From assembly GCA_017499595.2 (NCBI GenBank), contig CM039001.1, positions 186,001 to 250,000 on the forward strand: 64,000 nucleotides of DNA, given 5' to 3'. Made by a program: the position numbers and the translations under genes. This DNA is from Psilocybe cubensis. Lineage: Eukaryota. Below the pieces are notes generated by a model. It saw nothing but the letters and a program-made list of their open reading frames with translations, was not told the origin of the DNA and made no database searches. Of this stretch, positions 24,450 to 37,270 are shown in pieces; the first letter of the stretch is position 1, and every line of letters starts with the position of its first letter.

Positions 24450-25375
24450 CAAAAGGAAACAAAAATTGAATGAAAATCAGTGGCCACTGCCTTCTTAGAA
24501 TCCATCCCCATGGCCCATCTCCATTCTGCTTTACATTTAGCTTGAAAGGCCACCCATTTAAGCCACACCACTCAAACCGCAAAGGTGCCATCCAGCCCAC
24601 CTCAAATCTATACAAATACCCACCTTACCCACCTCCCATACTCATCAATCCCACATCGCACCCAACACAACACAACACAACACAACACAACCACATCGCA
24701 AATGGAGATCAATCTCATCAACCAACCTCACAAGCAGAAGCAGAACCAGCAGCAGCAGCAGCAGCAGCAATACCCATCAAACACACACATCCCCAATCTT
24801 TACAGAAGGTTTACACTCACTCCATCACCATGTCATAGAGTCCCCATCACACAACCCTCTCCGCCCATTTATTCTCAATCACACGCCCGCCTCCAGTCGA
24901 AGAACAATATACCCATCACTTATAAACGCCTCCCACACCGCTGGATGTACAAGACAGAGTGATCTGGAATGCTGGCATTGACGAGCGTGGTGCTCTGAGA
25001 GGTTTAAACGGGGAAGAAGGGTGTCTTTCCAGAAGGTTTATGGTGTCTTTCCAGCAGGTTTATAGAATCTTTCCAGATGGTTTACACCATCTTTTCAGAA
25101 GGTTTACCGCCTCTTTCCAGAAGGTTTAGACCATCTTTCCAGAAAGCTTATCCCGAAAACATGGACAAGGACAACACACCTACAAATTTCCAGCAGACAA
25201 GATTGCCTGGGATGGCATTGATGTCGAGGATATCATAACACTTCAAGTTCATGGGGATTATATTATCTAGTACAGAATCTTTCCAGAAGGTTTATTGATA
25301 TTTTGATATTTTAATACTACACATGTACAATCAAATCTAATTCAGTTATTTATACTTATATTTCTGTGTGATAAT
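24450..25375 (+). repeat. Copy 2 of the ~1 kb dispersed repeat; left boundary approximate
   Basis: Aligns with 20350-21300, including the MEINL...QQQQYPSNTHIPNL ORF start and the 21-bp minisatellite. Confidence 0.85.
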
Positions 25376-25594
25376 GTTCAAGCATTGAGTTGTGGAATTG
25401 GAAATGATGGCTCTTGTGAAACAAACCAACATATCTGTGGATAATAATCCATCACATATTATTATAGTTGTTCAAAACTCAAGACAAGCATCCTGTGCTA
25501 TTTCCACGATAGATTTTTCATTTTTATTTTTCATTTATATGCGCTGTTTCCAAATTATTCTGCAGCCGCGCATCATCTGGAGTCTATTGGCAAA

Positions 25595-25930
25595 TCAGGG
25601 ATGATTGCCAAAACTGTTTCCTGATCCAAGACGAAATGAACCCGCATTTCCGACTGTCAAGCCTGCATTCCCACTTTTGTTGCTGCCATAGGATCCAATG
25701 CTATATGATCCTCCTCCATTGAAGTTTGATCCCCCTGCTCCCCCATTGCTATTAAAGCTGGACCCACCATTGAAGTTTGATCCCCCTGCTCCCCCATTGC
25801 TATTAAAGCTGGTCCCACCGTTGCTGCTTCCAGAGTACGTGATACCTTGAGGGAGCGCATACGCTTTCTGCACAAATAGCGCAGAAATCACTATCATGAC
25901 CGACGAAGTGAATGATGTAGTGAACTTCAT
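25595..25930 (-). CDS. Small secreted Gly/Asn/Ser/Phe-rich protein, paralog 3 (111 aa)
   Basis: MKFTTSFTSSVMIVISALFVQKAYALPQGITYSG...; internal 17-aa duplication SFNSNGGAGGSNFNGG. Confidence 0.85.
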   Translation of the reverse strand: MKFTTSFTSSVMIVISALFVQKAYALPQGITYSGSSNGGTSFNSNGGAGGSNFNGGSSFNSNGGAGGSNFNGGGSYSIGSYGSNKSGNAGLTVGNAGSFRLGSGNSFGNHP

Positions 25931-27409
25931 TGTGTGTAGTCTCGCTGGTGCAGAAAACTGGATAAAGTAATCAATCAGCATGGCTGTGGTATACAGTCTG
26001 AGCAGGTAAATGTATACGTACAGGCAATGTGCTGTAAAGCGATAAACCAATGTATATCTGAAACTCCACATTGAGCAATGACCTCATTCTGTATAATTAA
26101 ATATACCTGATTTTTGGGAGATAGAAGTCTGAAGTACATCGACTCACACTCTCACCTTTATATAAGAACTCGGAAACACTTACTGAAGAGACGCATTGTC
26201 TCGAAGCTTAGCTACAACTCGATTAGAAGCCATATCAAATGCTCCCTTCTCCAGGCTTAGATCTCTGATTTAAGGTTTGGCTTGAATTCCATGTCTACTA
26301 CAAGACCTCAAAACTAACGGAAATTATGTCTGTATGAAAATAGTGTGACATGGAACATAGACTTAGTCTGTAAGAGTTTAGTAAGAATCTAAGAATTCTC
26401 GGTCAAGACTCAACACAGAAACAAATTGAATTTTCTCACATTCAACACCGTATCTGAATGTAACACTACACCTCAAAACTCTTTCTCTTAAATTGAATTT
26501 TGCGCGTGCAGTTAACTTGATAATCGAGTATTTGATTTGGACCGGTGCCAAGGAACCAAAAACAGCCAGCATTGAAGTTCAATGCTGGCTGTTTTTGTTC
26601 TCAGGAAGCGTTCATCATTGAACGCTTCCTGAGAACGAGAGATACCGGTTAACATTTCAACTGCCAAAACACGGACTACACACCAAGGTGTTGGGTGGAT
26701 ACTATTGCGAGCATGGACGACAATATGGGACTTCCCGCTACCCCCGCCCCAGAGCCTGGACCCATTAGCAAATATGTAGTCCAATGGCATTGTAAGCGAT
26801 GACATTTGGGCACGAAACCGCCTTAAAGAGCTGTAAGCCACAACGCAGAAGAAACAAACGTACTCCGGGAACGACGTTAGAACCAGGTCAATGAGGGTTG
26901 AACCTGACTTTATCTACAAGACGAAAGGTATCAATCAGTAACTAGGCCTCCTGATCACAATCTTGAATGAATGGAAGACTGCGCATTGAAACTTAGAAAA
27001 TTTTTAATCTAGTTAACACCAACGTTGCACCTCATCTCGTTATCGCCGCCTCTTTATCGGACAAAATGTACTGAGAAAGAATGGTGTTGGTTCATTGATC
27101 TATTGACCAATTGGGCAGAGAATAAGAAGCGGCATAGAACTGGCGCTTCATATTCCACCTTCTGGACAGAATTCTAGCAACGTATTCTGTGTCACTCATA
27201 ATGTCTACCTCACGCAAGTACACAAAGTTTTTGCACTTGTAAAGTACATCTTCGACACTACTTAAGACTAGCCATAGATTATTAGTATACAATTTATTCT
27301 CACAAGAACGAATCCTTAAGACAATTAACTCTTAGATGGGGATTAATCTCTACAATCAGTCTCACTGCAGCCCGCAGAAGTAGCAGCAGAACCCAGACAT
27401 AAGGAAGTT

Positions 27410-29600
27410 TCAGGGGTCATCTACACCTCCATTCTGCACAGCGTACGATATTGGGCGCCTCTGGAACAACAAACGAACACTCTTATCAGGAATAACCTTT
27501 GATTCGAACCACGCCATCTGGGGTTTCTGTCTTGCTGCCTCAGGGGAGAACCTGAAATTATATGTTGTAAGTATGTATCCAAGCATCAGCTTGAGTTCTG
27601 CGACTGCGAAAAAGCGACCCGGGCTGTTCAACGGTGTCGATATATTAGTACATTAAATGTATCTGGTCACAGAATCGACCCACCAAGCTGGTCTCCCGTG
27701 CCCAAAAGCGTTGTATTCCAGAGTAGGGGTGGCCATGAGAGGCTGCTGATGGTCTTTGTGTTCCGATCCCCCATTCTCTGATACAGATGTGGTTATCCTT
27801 GAGAAACGAAATCCATCAAATACGTTTGCGGGTGGATCGTGATAATAGGTATCATCCCGATGATTTCCCCATGCATTGACGCAAAGATGTGTACCAGGAG
27901 GAAGGGTGGTCCCTTGCACGTCGGAAAATGTGAATGGCTTGAGCACCCGTCTACTAAGGAGGACTTGTGAAAGTAACTTTTCAGAAAACGGGATAAGAAT
28001 TCGGATTGAGAGTATGGTATACCTAGCCCAAGCCCGTTGTATCGTTGAGTTTCTCGAAGAAAACTATCCGTTTTGTACATTTCTCCCACAGCTGCTTTCG
28101 TCCACTTGCCGTGACCTATGTGTCGCATCACCGAAAGAGCTTCCTCTCTTAACGGTTGAACGTATTCAGGTCTGTCGCACAGCTCGTATAGTGCCTGTGC
28201 AAATGCCTAAAAACAATTAGCTATATCAAAAACTATAGAACAGTTATATAGACCTACTACAGCAGATGAATATGTCGACGCGAAGCTGAACACAACTACA
28301 CGCTTCGCCATGTTGCGCGGTGTGGGCTCCTCTCCAGTTGCTTTGGCAGAATCAAGGAGCCATGTTATGAGATCAGCCTAGGCAAATAAATTAAACCCTG
28401 TCAGCATGGAAATACGACGGGGGGCATACTGGCTTATCAGCCCATTCGCCACCATGTACTCGATCCTGTTCTAGACGGTATGCAATGATAGGTGCAAGGT
28501 GTTTCTCTATACCTGAAAGCACAGCGTCCACGTTGGTGACGAATCTGCCGACAGTACTGCCGTGCTGTATTTAATAACAAGGATACGAAGAGTACCAGAA
28601 GCTACTCACGGCCTGAGAAACACAGGGAAGAGATGCAGGAACCGACCTTTGACCAGCTCCATCGTCGATTGTATGCACAGCTTTCTAAATTCATTATTCC
28701 GGCCTATCAATCCGTCATACATTATTGTAATGATTTATGAGTAAGAATGTCGCACTTACATAAATCGATGCCGAGAAAAGCTCTAGTCGTGATCCTTGAG
28801 ATGACTTCAACAAGGCCCTCAAAGACAGGCACGCTCGTCCATTCTGACAATCAAAGTAAATGACATTAAGGAAACGATGGGAATTTCATTCATACCGTCG
28901 GCTTTGCAGGGTATCATATCATTCAGGGCCAAAACCATTTCGTCATGGATATCATTGAATTGGTTTGCTAGATTCCTGGTGAGAGGTCCACGGACGATGT
29001 TGATGTGGTACGGGTTGTCAGAAACATCTACGCCCAATGTATGGTCCCATTGGTAAAACTGTAGTTCATTCGGTGAGGCCTTCAGGGATCTAGAGGTCGG
29101 TAAAGACTTACGACAGGGTTGCTCCGAACACCCGAAAGTTGACTTTCGTTAGCTTTGCGGATATCTTCTACCCGCTCACGTCCGTTGGCGACAACGAGCC
29201 ATTCGTCGAACATAGGAAGCTTCCATACACCCCCTGGATACTGTGAATGATTGTCAATGAGCGTATGTAGTGCAGGAGTTGAGACCTGCCGTGCCTTGCG
29301 ATATCCCTCTTCCACAATTTCTCGACCAGACAAGAAAAACTTTACCGCAGATATGAATGAAAGAAATGGGGTCGAGTATCCGATAGTGGGTATGTGATCA
29401 AGCTGTGCGTATTGGTAGAGTGAGTAAGTCTTGATCGACCGTAAATTATGTTCCATAAGCATGCTTACCCTTCTATCACGGAACAAAATTCTACATGAGA
29501 CGAGCACAATAATGACAACCCAGTAGTCTGAAGTATTGAACGAGAGCATGAAGACTTGGAGGTACGAAGCAGGGTCATAGGGGAGGATTATATACCCCAT
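27410..29600 (-). CDS. Cytochrome P450 (CYP512-like), multi-exon; start approximate
   Basis: N-terminal membrane anchor, HIPTIG, ExxR (ETQR), FDGFRF and heme motif FGHGRPAC/PGRFFA, with the Cys codon split by an intron. Confidence 0.92.
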
Positions 29601-30837
29601 TATCCGGTGAATATGGGGACCTCGATGATGTAACGTACCACATTGGAAGTGCAAGGATGTGTAGCGAAGAATCAATTGGCAGATGACAGATTATGTATTC
29701 CCTAGTTTCAAAGGAATCACCTGATGAAGCAGAGATAGCATTTTAAGTCAGAGGTATTTAGGGCAGTTCAGACAAAGTACCTACTACGGTACATTCACAA
29801 ATGGATTTGATTGCCGCCGCCGCACACCAACTTCGCTCATCATGTCATAAATTAGTTCAAATAGTTTGGCCCTTTTCATAAAAGTCGACTGACAATATAG
29901 CATTGTAACACGCCCCCGAGTCAATGCTCTCCCTGAGAGTGTTGTCAATGGGAATGCAGTGGGTTGCTCGGATCTTTGGTAGATGAAGAATGGGGCTATT
30001 CGGGGCGATCCAGCGCTTCAGTGCCAATTGTCTTTGTTGGAGCGTTTTTCTTGTCACCTAAAAGAATATGTTCGATCAACAGGATATACAACGGAAGCTT
30101 GAAGCGCTGAGAAAAAACGTTGGAACGCATGGCGGTGGTGCTCGATGGTGGGAAAAAGGAAAAAATGCTGCTGAATATTCCCATCACGTGGTCAAGATGG
30201 GCCCCGCGTCTGGCAGAGATTCCAGCTTTGGTTTAAGACTATAAGTGTTACAGAAGTTAAACCTTTGATTGATGGGGCGAGTTTCCACTAGATGACGAGG
30301 GTGAAAGACGGGTGTATCTATTAGTAAATAAATAATTGCCGAGACCATATATTTTCTCAATGCGAGTGAGGGAAGGATAGGTGTCCTTCACTGACCTTTA
30401 TAACCCCAGATATACTTTTTTCCGGTTAATTAACACCATCCATCGTAGTCCATTCGGATTACTCTATTAAGTTCGATCCTGCCGTCATACAGCTATGGCT
30501 ATTAGAATAATTTAGCGCCCGTGATGTGCTTTCAAAAGCTCTGAATCGATATTATGCTGTTCGAGAAGCTGAGCCGAATGGTCTTATACATTCAACGTGT
30601 AACTGACTGCTGGGGTCAACGAACATCAAGCATTTCATTAATCTTCTTCCAGAAGACCCCATTTTTCAGCTCCAGAACTTCGTTTAGCGGAAATGTGATT
30701 CCTTGCTGGCTCATTTGTAATTGTCACTTGGCATCGATCGAGTCATATATGACCTACGTCATACTGTTATGGCTTCTATATAACATTTTTCTAACCGTCC
30801 ATAATTATCGCCTATTATCGCTCCAGACATACATCCA

Positions 30838-32220
30838 ATGACTATACTAGCTACGGAACTTAAACCGACCTGCGATGCTTCAATTACGCACAGCAACGAT
30901 GATGACTACCATACCGGGTTCATGGCTTCTTCTCCTCTCCTCCGTTTACCTTCACCTTGGGACGAATGGGAGGCCATCCTTGACGCCGCTGTCCAGAAAA
31001 AATTACAGCTTGGTGACAAACCTGATTTGACCGTGGCTGAGGAAAATGCTTCAAAACAATGGAGAGGGGATGTTCGTAAGGTAAGTGAAAGTTCCGATTG
31101 TGGAGTCTGGCTATCATATATAACATAGTCTTTAAAGATGAACACACTATCCGTCGCAGGACTCGAGAAATCGGAGGCGACCCTCCAGCGAGCTCACGTT
31201 GTTCTCACTTATATCCTTCACTTCTACATCCAGACACTTCCCGTATCTGAACCAATCTTGGTTCCCAGGACGATCTCAATTCCTCTTCTTTACGTCTCTC
31301 AGCTACTGGAAGTTCCACCAGTCATCACATACGCCGACAGTGTACTTAACAATTGGGAATATATCATTTGGCCTCAAAAAACCAGCGAACGCCCTGCAGC
31401 AGACAACCTACGATCTCAGACAACATTCACGGGACTCGTAGATGAGCACGAGTTTAATCTTGTCTCGGCGCGCATCGAGTTCCTTGGTAGCGATGCAGTG
31501 AAATTAATTGCCTTGATGATGGACCAACTGGCAGTCGGGGATTCGGACGCAACCAAACAAATCACCGAACATCTCCGTCAATTAGCTGGTGTCATATACG
31601 CCATGAAAGACGCTTTGCTAGACGTCATGAAGAGATGCAACCCCGATGTTTTCTATAATCAGGTGCGACCTTGGCTACGAGGCGAGGATTCTGCAGCCAC
31701 TGTGCGGAAATGGAAATTTGAGGGAATCGACGAGCATCCCGATCTACGCCAGCCACAGTATCTGTCGGGACCCAGCGCAGGACAGAGTTGCTTGATACAT
31801 TCCCTTGACGCCTTCTTTGGCATCGACCACGGTGCGTCAAATCACGGCAGCACCTCCCTCATGACGCGCATGCAGGAATATATGCCGAAGAAACACCGTG
31901 AGTTCCTGAACAACATCAAAATGTCTCCTCGACCGTTACGCAATTTCGTTCTCGCCTCCGTCGATGCGTGTATCCTAGCAGAGTTTAACCACGCAGTCGC
32001 TGCCCTTAAAGCATTCCGGGACGCCCACATGATCATCATCACTTTCTTTGTTTTGGGTCCCGCCAGAAGAGCTGAGAAGAAGGATCAGGCTGGTCACCCC
32101 TCAAACGTCGGAAACGATCCTATTAAAGGGACAGGTGGAACAGACCTTGTCAAATTTTTGAAGGAAACTCGGGCGCATACGACAGCTGCAATGATCGATA
32201 CCAATAGAAAGATGGATTAG
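30838..32220 (+). CDS. Indoleamine 2,3-dioxygenase (~441 aa), intron 31081-31137
   Basis: LQRAHVVL, PPVITYAD.VL.NW, FTGLVDE.EF.LVS..IE, P.VFYNQVRPWL.G, GPSAGQS, MQEYMP..HREFL, FRDAH (heme His) and KGTGGT. Confidence 0.93.
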
Positions 32221-32489
32221 GAGTAATGAGGAGAAAGCATACGTACATTTCCTTTAAATTAACAGCGATAGTAGTGGCGTCCAATGTACGATGCTTTGAA
32301 CAGATCACAATGATGCAATTTCTGCTTTAGGACCTCGTATAACGTTGGAGGTCACGTAATGGACTCTTCCATGCACTACCGGGCTATACGAGTCAAGGAA
32401 TAGTGATACTTGTTTGCATTGCCTATGCCATTGATAGTATCTATACAAACCGTACACATAAGCTCGTTGTCTAATGGAGCACTTACTAG

Positions 32490-34461
32490 TTATTCTTCCT
32501 GAAGTTCGGTATATGTGGATATGGTATCCCAGCTACGCCGCCTACGAAATGCGACCGCCCTCTCGACAGTTTCCTGCGAAATAGCTAATCTCGTATAATA
32601 TATCCCGTATTCTGTAGACATGGTGCGTGAAGAAGGGTATGAATATACGGAGGCGTCAGATAGATCTAGTGCAACGAGGGACCGATGGGCTGGGTCTATT
32701 GGCTCAAGGATGGAGGAAGCAGATGAAATAACCGACAATCTATGCGTCTGAACTGCCATTTGTACCAGATGTTGCTTGAACGGCGCCATCATCTCTACAA
32801 CGCGCTCGTTTTGGTTCTCAAGAGGGACTTGAGCCTCAGTAAACCACGTTAAAGTCTGGGTGGAGGTAACATAACCAGTTAGAAGTACACAATATAATTT
32901 GATATAAATTACCTGGTATATCGTGCTCGCATTCTGCGGGGTAACGCCTCTGGCCAACGAATCCAAAATCCAGGTCGCCCTCCGTTCGTCTTCCACTGTA
33001 GTGTGTGTCACTCCTTGTGCATGGAGCATTGGGTTCGTGATAAGGTTTGTCCACTCATCACAGTAGAAAGACGGTCTTGATTGTTGACAAATGACGTGAT
33101 CTAGTTGTTCACGACAGGATAAAATCAGCATTCTTACTGATTTGTGCCAATACGCTGATTCATCGAGTTGTAAAAGCGCTGTTTCCGCAGCAAAAAGAAG
33201 GGCCAGTGCGTTGCGTGGGGTAATCATTTCATTTAATGATTCTAGTAAAGCAGAGTGAACAGCCGCCGGCATGGATCCAAGCTCTTGTGTGCACCATTGA
33301 GGACCGAACATACCCACCAGGGCTCTACGCGTTCCCCGTTCCAGTATTAGATCTTGGATATCCGGCTCCATAGCGAATGCCAAAATTCGCGGAGCTCTAC
33401 GAGCGCAATGGCGGCATGAACAACCCCCCAACGCGACCATCTGCTTCCACTTTCCATCGATCAACCGAGCGTATGAGGATGCAGACATAGGGGCAGAGAA
33501 GCACCCATGCAGCATGTCAGCTATGGTGTATGACACTATTGCAGATTGCAATGTTGGAATTCGAAGATATTGCGATGCACGGTAGAGGGAAACCGTCGTG
33601 GAATAGTCAGCGGTAAACTGAGTGAGTGGAAATTGTAGGAGGCCCGTGTATATGAAACGTAACGTGAAGTCCACAGTCACCGGATTGAACGGAGGTGAAG
33701 GCAGAGGAACAATGAACAACTTCTGCGGTCGTTGATGAGCAGATTCACGTTTTTCAAGACGCGATAGAAGAATGTCGCGAAAGTAAGGCGACCGTGCCGC
33801 AAGAATCGACTTATGGCATGGAAAAACGCACACAACTCGACCTTCGTCATCGACATCACGACTGTGAGACGCGGGTACAACAATTTGCATATCCGAGAAG
33901 AGTCGCCATTGTAGCAAAAAATACAGGTCGTTACGGATCTTAGTTGTGCTCATTTGCCGCAAAAGAACTCGCTTTCCAGTGTACTGATCTGTAATACCCT
34001 TCCCAAAAGGTAGAATTAGGTTGGAATACTGAGTGCTCGTCCACAATCCCATGATTTCCCGTTCTGTTTCACTGGATATAAGAAGGTTGAAAGAATGTGA
34101 ACTTTCAGATGGAAATGAATCAAGGTAATCACGAAGTTTGCCGACACCAAGGGGTTCATTAGGAAAGAATCGCTCATAGGAGTCGGTCGTCGCTATAGCA
34201 TTAACTGACACCTGAAGTGCGAACTATAACAGTGGGCTTTGCATTGGGAAATAACGATCAACGCACTGTTCCAAGCTTGTCTCTCCTGTCCCCCTCGTCA
34301 GAAATCTCACTTTTGCTCCTTTCACGCGCGACAGTTTCCCAGATAAAGGGAGGTAGTGCGTCCTCTAGATCTTCCCTCCAAGTAAGCATCGCCGTGTCCA
34401 ATGCTGACTGGAGAAACTCCACAGAGATGCTGAGCGAGCCATGATCTTGAGCAAAGTCCAT
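32490..34461 (-). CDS. BTB/POZ-domain protein; 5' end uncertain
   Basis: LFSDMQIVV...FPCHKSILAARSPYFRDIL...FTLRFIYTG...LYRASQYL; upstream exon 34266-34461 splices in frame. Confidence 0.8.
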
Positions 34462-35014
34462 ACGTGGTAATGGTAGCACGTTAAGCTAGTTTAAAAACAG
34501 TTATGGCGAGAAAACTTACCTTGGCTTTTTATATCAGCCAGTACATAGCAAACACTCAATCACGCCAACCTTATTCACTGTATAGAAACCTATGCCACCA
34601 GTTTATGTTAGCGGTGTTCGTTCTGGCGAGTCACACAGCCCTGTCACCTGTTATTCGCCTAAAGCGCCTTTGTTTCTCGTGGGCTGTGTTTATAAAGACG
34701 TTACGAATATATACACACCTTCCATTGATATCGTTCTGGCCTGTATTTGCTAATAGAGAAATAAGATGACACTGGATGACAGACCAAATTCCGACAAATC
34801 TGTGGAGACGCTCTACCACTGCCAGGTGGATGCGGTCGATATTCTCAGCACGTGATATGGTTGCACTACGCGACCTCTTTGCTTTATTGAGAACAATGTA
34901 TGGCGCCGCGCACAAAATTGGAGATAACAGCAATAAATTACCATAAAAAACCCTTATGAGAACTACAGAAGATATAACCTATAAAAATGAACCCAGAGAT
35001 CGATCCTGCAATCA

Positions 35015-36391
35015 TTATACAGCATTCGCGGTCTTGTAATTCGAGCTTTGATACGACGACTTGTCATATTGAGTGTTCTCGGAGTAGTCCACAGAGTCGT
35101 TAATCGTTTCCATACGGAGAGAAACCGAAGTTCCTTTGCTTGCACCGAATCCGGAGCTTGTGTTTGTTGGTCTAGATGCAGCTTGGAATTTACTGCCAAC
35201 TGTCGTGGAGCGCTGAGTTTCTGACACGGTGCTTCCTGGGACAAGGTCTAGATGGACAACAAGAACAATCAACGTTGGAAGAATACCCTTGTATATCAAA
35301 AAGAATTATTAGGACTAAGCAACTATACTGGAGATGATTTTTAGGACTTACAGCCAAGGGTATTTGGAGGTCTAAGACGGTGTGAATACCGTTACTATGA
35401 ACATCATCCAGAATCAAATCAATGATCTTAAGAGTCTACATTAGCTATATGACCCCAGACATGAATGAAATAGTGTACCTGGGAGAGGGCGTAAATGGCA
35501 CCAGATTCGATAATAAGCAACAGAACACCCTGGTATTTATTCTGGGACCGTGTCGAGGGGGCTCGACCGAGAAGTTTGTTCATCTTCCATTGCATATACC
35601 TGAAAGAATTGTGATTAGAGAGAGACACTCATGATACTAAGTATACGAACCAAATCCTTCCAGCAATCAGAATTGTCGATAAAATTACGTTGGTGACGAG
35701 AAGTGCTGTTGCCACGTCTGCAATTCGTGGTCTATGTGCAAAAGTGGTCAACTCTGCTGCTTCTGCAAAACGGACACCTATGTACGACAATTAGTGATTT
35801 GTACTCGTATTGATGATCAAAACATACCGGCAGAGGAAAGCATTAAAAGGAATGGGATGGCAGCCGCTAAGTAGCTTCGACCCCAGACAACCCATACACG
35901 CCATATAATGATCATGTCGCCAATCATGAACTATGGATAATAAGTGGATCACATAATCAGATTAAGATCTATGCAATATTTGTTTGACTAGAAGCTGTAC
36001 CTGTATAGTTGCAATAGACGCCTGGGCTTGTGCATTTGGAATCGGAGTAACAACATGGGTGACTTGCTGGATGACGAGGCCCAAATGAACACACGACAGC
36101 GCCCACATCAAAATTCCGGCCAAAAACATGACTCGGTGAATCATGGGCATAGGCTTAGGTCGCCTGATATTTTACAGTTTGCATATTAGTTTCCAGATAA
36201 GTCAACGGATAATGTCTTACATCAGGAGCCAGAGGATTACGATGACCAATACGCAGTACATCCCTGAATAATTCATAATCACGTAAATAAGCATTAGAAG
36301 TATCAATGCTCAAATCCATGAACTAACCCTGCAGGATGGACTCGCACATGACCTCTATATAGTGAAGCTGAGCGGTATTGGGAGTGCCCAT
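35015..36391 (-). CDS. Multi-pass (about 7 TM) integral membrane protein of a family common in agaricomycetes, multi-exon
   Basis: Hydrophobic exons with ESILQG, GDMIIIWRVWVVWGR, LLIIESGAIY and GILPTLIVLVVHL, followed by a Ser/Thr-rich tail. Confidence 0.75.
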
Positions 36392-37270
36392 GACTATCGC
36401 GCTGAATTACCAGAGGGTGGCTGGAGTTGGGGATCAAATTGGCTTTGTGGATTCTGTGAGCGGCCGGCTTCTCTGTTATGTACTAGCTCGCGCCCTATAG
36501 AGAATCTATTCCCATACCATGTTAATGGATTGTAAGGAGGTCCGTACTTGACAGGGGCTTTCAGTAGGTATGATAGATGACATGAAATCACCGTCAGTCA
36601 GATAATCGTGTCTTGAATACTCTTCGCCAGGTAATGAGATAAAATGATCATCAAACCGTCTGTTTGCTCTTAAAATCTATTGATATGCACGATGGTGAGA
36701 GAGTTCGCCGCCTGAAAAGGATCCCGGGCGACATGTCATTCATAATAAATTTAGCGTGTGTATAGACATGGTACCCGTTAGGGAGATCGGAAGTACAGCG
36801 CCGTTGCGAGTAGAGGTGCCTGTTCTAGGCGACATCGTTGCTACTTTTATGACGTTGGTATATCATCCCCTCAGTCATTAGGCATCACGCTGGGAAATAA
36901 CTTCCACGAACTAAATTCATGTACATATCTACGATAATCTGCCTGAGTATATCCGGGGATTCATACTGCATAGTTAGCAGATAAAAAAGGACTTTTGGAT
37001 TCAAAAAAGGTTTATTTGCCATGTATGGATGTGTTCGGGAGAGCAAAGTGCGATCGTCACTCCGTACATTTTTTTTACTTACGATTTCTCACCGTATTTT
37101 GATACTTGCTAACTGATCTTTCAAACCCAAAATTACAGCTGCAATCTAATCAGCTGTCTGTCGATGATCACATGACAATTTCTTTCATGGAAACCTCATG
37201 TTCGAAGAGGGATTTACCAGTCCAACCTTGTCGCTCTTAGTCTCCTGTACACCGTGATAACTACTCAAGG

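Noticed and set aside
26512-26841. ORF containing GGGSGKS, like a P-loop
   Set aside because: No preceding hydrophobic strand, Walker B or other NTPase context; probably chance or an unrecognisable relic
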